Source of the DNA: Escherichia phage ES17
Length of the DNA stretch: 64,000 nt
Reading direction: 5' to 3' (one strand)
Sequence record: NC_070984.1
The notes below the pieces were generated by a model that saw nothing but the letters and a program-made list of their open reading frames with translations, did not search any database and had not been told where the DNA came from. Positions 30,116 to 40,475 of the stretch are shown piece by piece. The stretch's first letter is position 1. Every line of letters begins with the position of its first letter. The position numbers and the translations under genes are program-made.

Positions 30116-30934
30116 TTACCAAGATTTATCTAACCATGTCCAGTCGAACAGGTCTTCCGGAGTCTGACCAACAAAGAGCAGCCGAGCATTCTCAAGCATC
30201 TTCTCTTCATCTTCAGTATCGAACTTCTTATAATATTCCATTCGTACTATATGATACATGGTCCATCTATCTGTAACACCAGCCAACAGACTAGCTGCTG
30301 CTTTCTTCCCTATTCCTTGACGTCGAAGCTGAAGCTTACCACCCCACATAACCTCTTTACGTTCCCCACATCCGGGGATGTTATCCGTACCATCTCCAAT
30401 CAACATTTGATAGAAGAAGTTTTGCCATGAAACTAAATCAGATACGTAATGAGGAGGGACTTCTTTCTGTCTTTCTCCACAAGCCCAGCGATAATGCCAT
30501 CCGGGAGTTATCAACAAATCCTTGTCTCTAGTACAGATGATAGTATTCTTATCCCTACGTTGCCTTTCAGCTAGTGCATCATCAGCCTCTCTCCCAAAGA
30601 CCTCAATGTATTCGTACTTGGCTTTAATGTAATCACCAACGTTTTGCCAGTGAAAAGGTCTTTCTCCGGGAGGTCTGTTTGCCTTGTAGTCTTGTTGCTT
30701 AGCAACATCGAAACGGAAGTTACCGCCTTCGCTGAAGTAGAATACAACCTTACTACAACCCGAGCGAGCTATAATTGTATCAATCTTGTACTGAAGTCGT
30801 TCAATCATGAAATTGTAATCAACTGGAACACGTCCTGTGTCAAGGAAGGGATGCTCCTGAGTAAGAGCACCCACTTCATACCGAAGAACGTCAGCGTCCA
30901 CTATAGCAACTTCAGGGAGCTTAACTTCTTCCAT
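30116..30934 (-). CDS. 5'-3' exonuclease / flap endonuclease (FEN, T5 D15-like)
   Basis: Motifs VFGREADDALA, TRDKDL and MLIGDGTDNIPGCG typical of the PIN-like 5' nuclease family; start placed at ATG 30934 with SD AGGA. Confidence 0.8.
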   Translation of the reverse strand: MEEVKLPEVAIVDADVLRYEVGALTQEHPFLDTGRVPVDYNFMIERLQYKIDTIIARSGCSKVVFYFSEGGNFRFDVAKQQDYKANRPPGERPFHWQNVGDYIKAKYEYIEVFGREADDALAERQRRDKNTIICTRDKDLLITPGWHYRWACGERQKEVPPHYVSDLVSWQNFFYQMLIGDGTDNIPGCGERKEVMWGGKLQLRRQGIGKKAAASLLAGVTDRWTMYHIVRMEYYKKFDTEDEEKMLENARLLFVGQTPEDLFDWTWLDKSW

Positions 30935-31810
30935 AAATATCATCCTGAGCTTGAGCAATAATCCAATCTAGGTCTGATACTGCTGATTCAATAGTTGAGT
31001 CATTAAACAGTAGATATGTTTTTCTCTGTTCGCCTTCAATATACGAGCGAGAATCTCTATCAAAAGAACAACCATCTCTAAGAACTTGGACAACTTGGAC
31101 ATTGAAATTCTTTTCTAGTTCTCGTACCTCTGCATCAAAGCCTCCGTCAGTGAAAACAATAATGTCGTCCTGACCCAGCCCTTCTTGTTTGATGCTCTCT
31201 ACAGCAAGATTCCCCATATGGTTGTTGCCAAACATAGGTTTTAAGAAGTCTTCACTTGTAGAAATCATCAAATCTCTTACAGACTTCCCTCCCCATTCTG
31301 GTCTAGGCTTTTCTTTCCATTCACGATCTTCATAGAGTGCTAGAAAGTTTTCTAGAGGCATACCCAATGCAGCAGCAGCTACATTATACATCGGCTCCTT
31401 GAAAGACTTGGTTGAATATCCATGATGGTATGAGTGTGCATTTACCCAAGCACTAGCTATCGTATCTTTACCACAACCCGGAGGCCCATTAAGAATTACC
31501 ACTAAAGGTTTATATTGGGAGCATTCCACCATATTAGTCAGTGCTGGATTGCCTTGAGATTCCATTTCTAATTGCTCCGTGTGGTCATGTGAGTAGTCTA
31601 CTGGAGAAGTTTTGTTACCAGTAACTTTAGGTAAAATCGCTCTAGTTGTTTCTACGTATTTACCGCCATCAATATTGATTTGAAACTCTACAAGCTCATT
31701 CTGTAACTCATATCCTGATAAGTTGGATAGCTCCTCCAACTCATCTCTGACGAAATTTAAATGTTTGATTTTAATTGCAAGAGCTTTCTTTAAAACTTTT
31801 ACCTCTTCAT

Positions 31811-31814
<4 letters not shown>
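30921..31814 (-). CDS. P-loop nucleotide kinase (dNMP kinase-like) with N-terminal coiled-coil extension
   Basis: Walker A VVILNGPPGCGKDT (GKDT as in T4 gp1 dNMP kinase), Walker B-like DIIVFTDGG; ATGA overlap with upstream gene. Confidence 0.55.
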
Positions 31815-33104
<1,290 letters not shown>

Positions 33105-33349
33105 AATGCATCTCTTTATAAATAGTTTCCGTGTTCTTCTTCCAGTTAGATAAACCGGTAAGAACCCTCTGAGCAACTTCATCAGCTGCCCTACTTCTTT
33201 CAATCTCTAACTCTTGCTGGTGCTTCTCTTTGTCCAGATTACTGCTGTCTGTTTGGTACTCGTTAAACTTCATACCACCAAAGAATACAAGAGCTGAGAA
33301 AATGATAAACCCTATATTATCACTTAATGTACTTTGCATACTGTCTCCA

Positions 33350-33373
33350 ACGAAAAAGCCACCCGAAGGTGGC
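33350..33373 (-). terminator. Rho-independent terminator (reverse strand)
   Basis: On - strand GCCACC-TTCG-GGTGGC followed by TTTTTCG; located after SSB-like gene. Confidence 0.65.
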
Positions 33374-33395
33374 TAAGCTATAACAAGGAGAGTTA

Positions 33396-34142
33396 TCAGA
33401 AAGGCGAATCGTTATCATCTTCATAAGTAGAAGCAGGCTCTTTATCAATCGTAGGAATTGAAGGAGTAGCTTCTTTCTGTTCTGTTTCAGAAGCACGAGT
33501 AATTTCACGACCAGCCAGAGGCATGTTCTTAGCGTCATTAGCTTGAGTAAGCAGATTGCGCTGGAACGGGAACATCAGTTGATAAGATGCTACGTTCTCG
33601 TCGGTTTCAGCATACGGTTCGAAGAATACCAGAGGACTACGAGCTTCACCAACTGCTGCACGATATTTAGTTGGGATTGGAGAAATGGTCTTGATGGAGT
33701 TTTTAACTTCACCAGCTTTGTTAGTGTAAGAGTTAACCAGAATGTTAACAGGCTGACCTAACAGAACATCCTTGAACCAAGACAGATCACCTTTCAGTGC
33801 TTGAATACTTGGGTCAACCATCTTGCAAAGATCAAGAATACCAGAGTTCTTAGCTCGTGGGTTTACATCATAGCTCTTGAACTGGCAAGCCGGACGTGGT
33901 TCTAATGCCTTACCATCGGAATCTTTACCAGTAGCATCAACACCAATCAGCTCGAAAGCTAAATCCATACGGAAAGCCGGATTCTTAGGAGTTACTGCTT
34001 TGGTCTTCGGGTCAATCCAAGGGTCACGATTGTGAACACCCAAACCTACTACACGAACGATACGTGCTTCGTATTCACCATCAGGGATTACATCGTAGTT
34101 GGATTTACGGGAAGAAGTTGCGATAGTTGGAATCATAGACAT
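33396..34142 (-). CDS. Single-stranded DNA-binding protein (T7 gp2.5-like, putative)
   Basis: 248 aa ending in acidic tail ...TYEDDNDSPF (SSB-type C-terminus with terminal Phe); strong SD AAGGAAA; TAATGTATA promoter motif directly upstream. Confidence 0.5.
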   Translation of the reverse strand: MSMIPTIATSSRKSNYDVIPDGEYEARIVRVVGLGVHNRDPWIDPKTKAVTPKNPAFRMDLAFELIGVDATGKDSDGKALEPRPACQFKSYDVNPRAKNSGILDLCKMVDPSIQALKGDLSWFKDVLLGQPVNILVNSYTNKAGEVKNSIKTISPIPTKYRAAVGEARSPLVFFEPYAETDENVASYQLMFPFQRNLLTQANDAKNMPLAGREITRASETEQKEATPSIPTIDKEPASTYEDDNDSPF

Positions 34143-34195
34143 AGTGTAATTTCCTTATTTAATTTGAAAGATTGTTGCTCTCTTTGAGCGGTTAT

Positions 34196-34214
34196 GTATA
34201 ATATACATTACATA
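34196..34214 (-). promoter_or_regulatory. Phage promoter-like motif (reverse strand) upstream of SSB-like gene
   Basis: Reverse complement of 34202..34210 is TAATGTATA; about 60 nt upstream of start codon at 34142. Confidence 0.5.
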
Positions 34215-34389
34215 TATAGTGTAGGAACTACCGGAAGGTAGTAGGTTTTGTCCAAACAAAAGTCTCTTTAGAATTATTTGTTGGAGATTGTCTCTTATAA
34301 ACCCGAGACTGCCTAGCAGTTACATAAGCTCTAGCTTTTTCTGTAGCTGCATACTTATGGTTAAATTTCATGGTAGTATATCTCTAAGT

Positions 34390-34405
34390 GCTATAATGTA
34401 TATAA
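34390..34405 (+). promoter_or_regulatory. Orphan promoter-like motif CTATAATGTATATAAG on + strand inside a - strand intergenic region
   Basis: TAATGTATA at 34394..34402; no + strand ORF downstream; possible non-coding/antisense transcript. Confidence 0.35.
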
Positions 34406-34704
34406 GTTATAGCTGATAAAGTTATTGCACGGGACTGACGACGATAAGGCGCAGACGACAATCTCTCATAAGTTTGTAAGAAATTGAGAGACTACCGGAA
34501 GGGCAGGAGCCACCTGCGAGATAAAAATAGAGAATTAAGGAATCCTTGATTTAGGTTGTAGGGACTCCTAGGGACTTTGATTCTCTATTTAAAAGAATAT
34601 TAATTACTTATTACCTAAATAATTAACTAACTTACTTAAACCAAATTCAATAAGAATAGATAAAAAGATTATTCCTAAGAAAGCTAAAAAGTAAAGGATA
34701 TAAG

Positions 34705-34869
34705 TTACCATTCAAGTAAACCTTTAAAGTTAGATTTTTCTACTATCCTCTGATAACGAAGATTAGAATCAGCTTGTTTCTTTAACATCTCATTATATTG
34801 ATCTCTGATAGAGTCTTTATGTACTACAGGTTCTTTAAATAACGAGATCTTGTTCTTTTCTTCTTTCAT
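34705..34869 (-). CDS. Hypothetical protein (54 aa)
   Basis: Internal start (MKEEKNK...) with SD AGGAAGG; ORF-track longer form overlaps upstream gene. Confidence 0.3.
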   Translation of the reverse strand: MKEEKNKISLFKEPVVHKDSIRDQYNEMLKKQADSNLRYQRIVEKSNFKGLLEW

Positions 34870-35338
34870 CAAAGACCTTCCTAATCTCTTGCAGAGAAAC
34901 AGCTTTATAGTTAATTTGCTCCATTGATGTACAGAAATATCTCCAATCATCAATTACGTGGTTATGAGTATGAGCATAAATATTAAACTTCCCTCTCATC
35001 TCATCAGTGTGAATAGGAATATGAGTTACCCAAAACTCTTTATATTTATAATCACCAGAGATTCTACGGAAGACTTTCATCATATCAGGGAGAAGTTCTA
35101 ACCTGTCATGGTTCCCTAAGACTAGATGCTTCTCTCCTCTTACTTCAGCGATGATATCAAGGGCATACTTTTCAAACACCCAATCACCGGTAAAGAAGAT
35201 TTTATCACGTTTAGTTACATGATCAAATGCAGCTAGGATTGCTTTGTCATGTTCTTCGATGGTTTTAAATTGCTTACGAAAACTACAGATGTTGCGATGG
35301 CCTAAGTGACCATCCCCTGCAAAATAAACTTCAGCCAT
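34835..35338 (-). CDS. Calcineurin-like metallophosphoesterase (Ser/Thr protein phosphatase family)
   Basis: Motifs GDGHLGH, FFTGDWV, LVLGNHD, HTH: classic GDxHG...GDxxD...GNH[DE] metallophosphatase signature. Confidence 0.8.
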   Translation of the reverse strand: MAEVYFAGDGHLGHRNICSFRKQFKTIEEHDKAILAAFDHVTKRDKIFFTGDWVFEKYALDIIAEVRGEKHLVLGNHDRLELLPDMMKVFRRISGDYKYKEFWVTHIPIHTDEMRGKFNIYAHTHNHVIDDWRYFCTSMEQINYKAVSLQEIRKVFDERRKEQDLVI

Positions 35339-35347
35339 AAAGACCTC

Positions 35348-35563
35348 TTAGATAGTACACCCATCACAAGTTAAGTCACCTAGCAGGGACAGGGAAAGTA
35401 ATCTGGATTGCTCATCGCTGTATAGTTGATCAATCTCTTCTTTAAGTTTTGCCAACTCCATAAAGTTAATGAGCTGACCATGTTCGAGGCAGTATGTTTT
35501 TAGTACGAACAAAACTTCAGCGTTGGTTGAGTCTTCACTTGAGTATTTATCAATGTATTCCAT
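35348..35563 (-). CDS. Hypothetical protein (71 aa)
   Basis: ORF in operon context. Confidence 0.4.
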   Translation of the reverse strand: MEYIDKYSSEDSTNAEVLFVLKTYCLEHGQLINFMELAKLKEEIDQLYSDEQSRLLSLSLLGDLTCDGCTI

Positions 35564-35565
35564 TT

Positions 35566-35787
35566 TTATGCCACATCTCCTTGTTTGTTGTTAATAATAT
35601 CCAGTGCTGTATAAGCTTTACCTGTTCCTAAGTATTCCAAAACTGGAGGACTCTTCTTTTCTTCAGCGACTACATAAGGTGTGATCTTCCCTTTCAGTAC
35701 AGCCTGAGATGCTTTAGCACTGTCTTCAGAGGTATGAATAGTAGTAAGCCCTTTCTTTCCAATTCTATAAGTGTGAACCCAAATCAT
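35566..35787 (-). CDS. Hypothetical protein (73 aa)
   Basis: ORF in operon context; start overlaps stop of upstream small ORF (ATGA). Confidence 0.4.
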   Translation of the reverse strand: MIWVHTYRIGKKGLTTIHTSEDSAKASQAVLKGKITPYVVAEEKKSPPVLEYLGTGKAYTALDIINNKQGDVA

Positions 35788-35951
35788 TCTTCTTCCTCAT
35801 ATTCCCAATTTCTTTCATAATATCCAGAGTTATAGTTTAGGGCGCACTTCTCGGCCTCTTCTATGTCGTCGGTGTTTAGGATATTCACCCACCCTCCAGC
35901 TTCATCAAAACCTTCTTCTTCCTCGTTAATCCATACACTATATTTCTTCAT
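35784..35951 (-). CDS. Small acidic hypothetical protein (55 aa)
   Basis: ATG at 35951 overlapping stop of upstream gene (ATGA) and stop overlapping next start: translational coupling; below ORF-track cutoff. Confidence 0.35.
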   Translation of the reverse strand: MKKYSVWINEEEEGFDEAGGWVNILNTDDIEEAEKCALNYNSGYYERNWEYEEEE

Positions 35952-36340
35952 CGAATCACCAAAGGCTCTTCAGAGTACACAGGAGCGGCTATTTCTACAG
36001 GAGGTGCTGCCCTAAGGTCATTAAGTCTTACGCCCTTCAGCATACCGTCTAGGTGGTCCTTTTTGGGGATTCCAACAGGGAAGTCATCAATCCAGATATC
36101 GACGAAGAAGCCTAACTGTCGACACACCTCATCCTTCTGCACACCATTACAAAAGATGACAGGGATTTGCAGGGTCTCTGCATCATAGAGGATATCCACG
36201 TTATCATAACCATTAGGCTCTGAGAAACGGAAAGTCACGAATCTTACATCATGTCCATACCCTTTCATCAATCCTATCACATCTCTCCACAGTCGTCTGT
36301 CTGCTGTGTAAGTGTCATCATAATCTAAACCAATATTCAT
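35948..36340 (-). CDS. HAD-like phosphatase/nucleotidase (putative)
   Basis: First ATG at 36340 (ORF-track TTG start lies inside terminator hairpin); N-terminal MNIGLDYDDT fits HAD motif I DxDxT; weak call. Confidence 0.3.
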   Translation of the reverse strand: MNIGLDYDDTYTADRRLWRDVIGLMKGYGHDVRFVTFRFSEPNGYDNVDILYDAETLQIPVIFCNGVQKDEVCRQLGFFVDIWIDDFPVGIPKKDHLDGMLKGVRLNDLRAAPPVEIAAPVYSEEPLVIR

Positions 36341-36356
36341 GTCAAACCCTTTAGAC

Positions 36357-36381
36357 AAGAAAAGCCGCCCGAAGGCAGCTT
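36357..36381 (-). terminator. Terminator-like hairpin (reverse strand)
   Basis: On - strand GCTGCC-TTCG-GGCGGC (one G-U pair) followed by TTTTCTTG. Confidence 0.5.
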
Positions 36382-36386
36382 CTTAT

Positions 36387-36563
36387 TTAACTGTTCACTT
36401 TAGCTTCAAGTGTTTCGTTTTCAATACTCAAGTCAATCACTACACCAGTAAGCTCAACGACTGCTTGGCGAAGGGCATCTTTACCCATAGAGTGTACTTG
36501 AGATAAGAAGAAAGCTTTACCTTCTTCAGTGGATAGGGTTTCTTTTAATTCAGAAGCAGTCAT
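36387..36563 (-). CDS. Small hypothetical protein (58 aa)
   Basis: ATG 36563; stop followed immediately by terminator hairpin; below ORF-track cutoff. Confidence 0.3.
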   Translation of the reverse strand: MTASELKETLSTEEGKAFFLSQVHSMGKDALRQAVVELTGVVIDLSIENETLEAKVNS

Positions 36564-36572
36564 TGATATTCC

Positions 36573-36767
36573 TTATGTTATGTTATAAATTCGCATGATT
36601 GTACCACCGGTTAGTTCAATTTCGGCAATCTTCTCATCTCGTTCTAAATCTGTATACACTAGCACATTCTCAAATACACCTGTTGCGTCAGTATAAAGGA
36701 TGTTATACTTCGGAGGTGGCTTACGGTAGATACCTTCCATCACTCTTTCTCCTCTCGTTCTTTCCAC
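36573..36767 (-). CDS. Hypothetical protein (64 aa)
   Basis: ORF in operon context. Confidence 0.35.
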   Translation of the reverse strand: MERTRGERVMEGIYRKPPPKYNILYTDATGVFENVLVYTDLERDEKIAEIELTGGTIMRIYNIT

Positions 36768-36923
36768 AGTTCAGCAAGTTCTAAATAAAACTCAGCTTCA
36801 TCAGGACGTCCTTGTTCATTACAGATGGCGCTCTGACGATAACACCAATCCGATGGCATCTCTTCCACTTCAATCTCCTTGTTACGAACCAATCAATAAG
36901 AATAGTTCATTCATCTTATTTAT

Positions 36924-37115
36924 TCACTCTACCAATGCAGGTACTTCTATCCTTTTAACTGTGAATGACTTGTTTGGAAACTTTCGAACTAGCTCTGCTG
37001 CTTTGGTTATTGCTAAGTTCTCTGTCTCAAAGATACACAGTTGACCATTTAATGCTACGAGAGTGGAGCCACCACTGTAGATGGCCCAAGATTGATAATA
37101 ACCACGAACACTCAT
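36924..37115 (-). CDS. Hypothetical protein (63 aa)
   Basis: ORF directly downstream of DNA polymerase gene. Confidence 0.35.
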   Translation of the reverse strand: MSVRGYYQSWAIYSGGSTLVALNGQLCIFETENLAITKAAELVRKFPNKSFTVKRIEVPALVE

Positions 37116-37123
37116 AACTCACC

Positions 37124-38968
37124 TTAGTGCGTATGCATCCAGTTAAGTCCAATCTGACAATCAGAGGCCAGAGGACATTCCATATTCAAATACTCACCAG
37201 CCTTCTTAACACAAAGCTCGGTGTGCTCTTTGAGTTTCTGTACATCGTTACGATTAACTGAGAACTGGCCCTCGTCGTGCATATCAATTACCTTAGCACA
37301 ACGAACTCCATCCTTCTCAATCCACTTGTTAAGGAACATCATAGCGTATTTCATAACAACAGCACCAGCACATTGCAGGAGAGTGTTAAGTGCTTTATGA
37401 ACCATAACTTTACCAGTGGCATCTCGTCTCATTGTAATCTTACGACCATCAACACCAATCAAGTATCCTTGAGCAGCTTTCTCTGTCATACGATCAATGA
37501 GGATTGCAATACATGGGTTCTCTGCCAAGAAACGTGCTCGCATCACTGAACCTTCGTCAGCCCCACCACCTACAATTGAGCCAAGCTTAGCGTCGCCAGC
37601 ACCGTAGTTGAATGCATAGATAAACGTTTTAGCATTGTCACGAGTAGGAAGACCAGCAAGTTTCTGGTTGTGGGAGTGGATATCACCTTCAAGGAGAATA
37701 TCACGATACATAATAGCAGAAGCTAAACCACGTTCTGCCAGAGCTTTCTTAGCTGGGTTGTTCTCTTCAATTGCCTCAGCAAGCATATCCCTACACTCTT
37801 TAATGAGGTAGTGAGCGAGCATACGAAGTTCAAGTCCAGAACCATCATACCCTAAGAATACTTCTTTACCAGCGGGTATGTAATATTTGTAAGCACCTAT
37901 AGGTTTATCTTTCTTCCCCGGCTTACCTTTCTCGTAAATTACGTTAGTACCTTTTCGTATATAACAACCATCAGGAACAACGTTAGTAATAACGAAAGGA
38001 CGAGAGTGATCACTGTCTGAGTTATAGTCAGACTCAAACAAACTGCGACACTCGTGACCAAACAGACCACGGGAGGGAATATTAACCACGATACGATGTT
38101 TGAATCGAAAAGTCGGCGTAGCGCAGCTGTTAGCTTCTGCCGAAAGTTTACCATCTTCGCGTTCCTTTGCTATGAGTCCACTGATAAGACCTAGCCTGTG
38201 AGCCGCTACAACGCGTCTCTTAAGCAAACTTCCGACACTCCCTAGCTCACCCCCTAACCCTTCTTCAAGAGTCTCCTCGAGGTTTGTAGGAGCTGTAGGC
38301 CACTTGTTTGATGTGGCTAGTGCTTTCTTAATCTCATCAAACGTTACAGGATTACGGCGATTAGGGTTCAACCCCAAACCAAATACGTAAGCCTTCATGT
38401 AATTCTTAGTCTTAAACCTGAAATGCTTTTCTAAGAACTTCTTAATATCAGCGTCAACCATCTCGGCTGTCTGCTTCTGCTTAGCATTGCCTCGCATCCA
38501 AGCAGTATACCATGCTTGGTACGTTCCATACTTTCTCATATCTTTCTTGATTTCGAAAGTATTCCAAGGCTTCTTAGATACGTTAAACTCTGGAGGAAGA
38601 AAGCCTTCATCCATAAGAGCTTCTTTAACTCGTGCATCTTTCGATGGGTCAAAGTCTACGTATTCGACACAGGTGAAAGCTCCACCAATATCTTCTCTCT
38701 TCAGCCCAACCCTATCACAATAGGCTTGAGGCCACTTCTGCAAAGCTCCAGACTTCTTAAACGGCTTCATATAAGTAGAGCCATCTAATCTCATCTTAGG
38801 TAAGAGAGGAATCAACTCTCTGTCAATATTAACAATAATCTCTTTAAGGAGGTGAACATACCACCGAGCATTTCTTCGGTTGAAACTCACTCCGTGCTTT
38901 GCTTGCTTAGAGATTATATCAGCGACAGTCATCTCTGTCAAAAATGGAAGAGCGTCCGGGTTGCTCAC
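37124..38968 (-). CDS. DNA polymerase, family A, polymerase domain only
   Basis: Motif A YDGSGLELRMLAHY, motif B KTFIYAFNYGAGDAKLG, motif C VIDMHDEGQF; no DxE exonuclease motifs in the N-terminal region; GTG start with SD AAGGAG. Confidence 0.85.
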   Translation of the reverse strand: MSNPDALPFLTEMTVADIISKQAKHGVSFNRRNARWYVHLLKEIIVNIDRELIPLLPKMRLDGSTYMKPFKKSGALQKWPQAYCDRVGLKREDIGGAFTCVEYVDFDPSKDARVKEALMDEGFLPPEFNVSKKPWNTFEIKKDMRKYGTYQAWYTAWMRGNAKQKQTAEMVDADIKKFLEKHFRFKTKNYMKAYVFGLGLNPNRRNPVTFDEIKKALATSNKWPTAPTNLEETLEEGLGGELGSVGSLLKRRVVAAHRLGLISGLIAKEREDGKLSAEANSCATPTFRFKHRIVVNIPSRGLFGHECRSLFESDYNSDSDHSRPFVITNVVPDGCYIRKGTNVIYEKGKPGKKDKPIGAYKYYIPAGKEVFLGYDGSGLELRMLAHYLIKECRDMLAEAIEENNPAKKALAERGLASAIMYRDILLEGDIHSHNQKLAGLPTRDNAKTFIYAFNYGAGDAKLGSIVGGGADEGSVMRARFLAENPCIAILIDRMTEKAAQGYLIGVDGRKITMRRDATGKVMVHKALNTLLQCAGAVVMKYAMMFLNKWIEKDGVRCAKVIDMHDEGQFSVNRNDVQKLKEHTELCVKKAGEYLNMECPLASDCQIGLNWMHTH

Positions 38969-38984
38969 TTTATACTCCTTTAAA

Positions 38985-39398
38985 TTATTGGTAAAGTAAA
39001 TCTGTAAATGCTTGGTTATCTTCTACTACATCCAAGGATGTGGAATCAACAGCATATGTTCTCATTGCTGCATTTGTTTGTGCCCAAGTAGATTGAGAAT
39101 AAGAAGACCTAACTTCACGAGGCTGTTCTCGTACCAGATGAGCCACAACCCTCTGATTAGCAACTTCTTCTCTTTCTCTAATAGCTCTCTGAATGTAGGC
39201 CAGCTTCATACCCCAAGCTTCTTCAAACTCTTGAGGGTGTTTATCGCTGATAACCACATACTGACGTTCAGGAATACCAGAGCGAATCTCTGATAATAAT
39301 TCATGGAACAAATCTAGTTCATGTTCAGTGAGATTCATTTCGATATCATCCCACTTGAGAACTAAGAAACGGTTTTGGTGTCTAGCTGGTAATGGCAT
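38985..39398 (-). CDS. Hypothetical protein (137 aa)
   Basis: ORF in operon context. Confidence 0.4.
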   Translation of the reverse strand: MPLPARHQNRFLVLKWDDIEMNLTEHELDLFHELLSEIRSGIPERQYVVISDKHPQEFEEAWGMKLAYIQRAIREREEVANQRVVAHLVREQPREVRSSYSQSTWAQTNAAMRTYAVDSTSLDVVEDNQAFTDLLYQ

Positions 39399-39399
39399 C

Positions 39400-39558
39400 C
39401 TACTCCACCTCTACTTCAATGTAAGTTCTCTCACCGACGTCATCTTTTAAGACCCATGACTTGGCATCTTCTTCAGACTTAAAAGCTTTCACAACGCTGT
39501 AACCACCTTCCCATTCATCACCGAACCAGCGCTGTCCTACGTAAATGTATTCTTTCAT
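39400..39558 (-). CDS. Small hypothetical protein (52 aa)
   Basis: ATG 39558; fills gap between flanking genes; below ORF-track cutoff. Confidence 0.3.
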   Translation of the reverse strand: MKEYIYVGQRWFGDEWEGGYSVVKAFKSEEDAKSWVLKDDVGERTYIEVEVE

Positions 39559-39561
39559 TAC

Positions 39562-39846
39562 TCAACCTTTTGGGAGTGGCATCAAAAATTCCATAGCAGA
39601 TTTAATCTCATTATTGATTCGTGAATCACGATAAGAGATAAACTTACCTTTGCTATCACGTAACATCACATGGGTTCTGGCTGTTTTGTGAGGGAGCAAT
39701 GTGATACTAGTTGGAATAGCATCAATCCCTACAGCGTATTTGTCAATAGTCTTACTTTCAGCCAACAGATAAGACCAAGTACGCGGTTTCTGCTCCGGGC
39801 GGTTAGGGTATGTGTCCCGAATTTGAACCATAGCTAACTTATTCAT
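39562..39846 (-). CDS. Hypothetical protein, tandem paralog 1
   Basis: Shares TARTxVxLRxxxGKFISY...E-L-P-PKG pattern with adjacent gene 39848..40102. Confidence 0.45.
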   Translation of the reverse strand: MNKLAMVQIRDTYPNRPEQKPRTWSYLLAESKTIDKYAVGIDAIPTSITLLPHKTARTHVMLRDSKGKFISYRDSRINNEIKSAMEFLMPLPKG

Positions 39847-39847
39847 A

Positions 39848-40102
39848 TTAAACTCCTTTAGGGAATGGGATGAGATTTTCTACTGCAACACGGAAAGATT
39901 TTTCTACGTTCTTATTCTTATAAGAGATAAATTTTCCATCAGCTCCTCGAAGGAGTACGTTAGTGCGAGCTGTATTTGGGTTTTGTTGAATCATAGAACG
40001 AATGATGTTCTCTGAACCTCTATGCTTATTGGTGAATTTCCAACTGATAGTTTTACCGGTACGAGTTACATCAATGATATTTACGATTTTTACAATAGAC
40101 AT
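39848..40102 (-). CDS. Hypothetical protein, tandem paralog 2
   Basis: NTARTNVLLRGADGKFISY...ENLIPFPKG, paralogous to 39562..39846. Confidence 0.45.
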   Translation of the reverse strand: MSIVKIVNIIDVTRTGKTISWKFTNKHRGSENIIRSMIQQNPNTARTNVLLRGADGKFISYKNKNVEKSFRVAVENLIPFPKGV

Positions 40103-40171
40103 ATTTATTACCTAAGAAGTTTAATTTGGTTTATATAAAAGAAAAGGCCACCTGATTAGGCAGCCTTTGTT

Positions 40172-40465
40172 CTAGAGACGAAGCCAAGTTTGATAGTCAG
40201 CTTCAGTGTAATGGTTGTTTCGAGAGTTGTTTTTCATTTCCTTGAGAGTAGCTCTCAGGTCAATGTTATGCTCTCTCCTTGTTCTATTCGGGTCTGTATC
40301 TTCTAATAGATGGGAGTGATCACTACAAGAGTAGTGCTTATAGTGGTCCCTGTATCCTCTACTTGGAGAATACTTGGTCATTAAAGTTGCAACTCTTTTT
40401 ACACCCTCTGCTTTACAGAATTTACAATAAGTGTGAATTGTACATCTTTTTGTTTCTGCTGACAC
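40172..40465 (-). CDS. Cys/His-rich hypothetical protein (putative zinc-binding)
   Basis: CTIHTYCKFCKAEG...HYSCSDHSH pattern. Confidence 0.4.
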   Translation of the reverse strand: MSAETKRCTIHTYCKFCKAEGVKRVATLMTKYSPSRGYRDHYKHYSCSDHSHLLEDTDPNRTRREHNIDLRATLKEMKNNSRNNHYTEADYQTWLRL

Positions 40466-40475
40466 TATAACCTCT

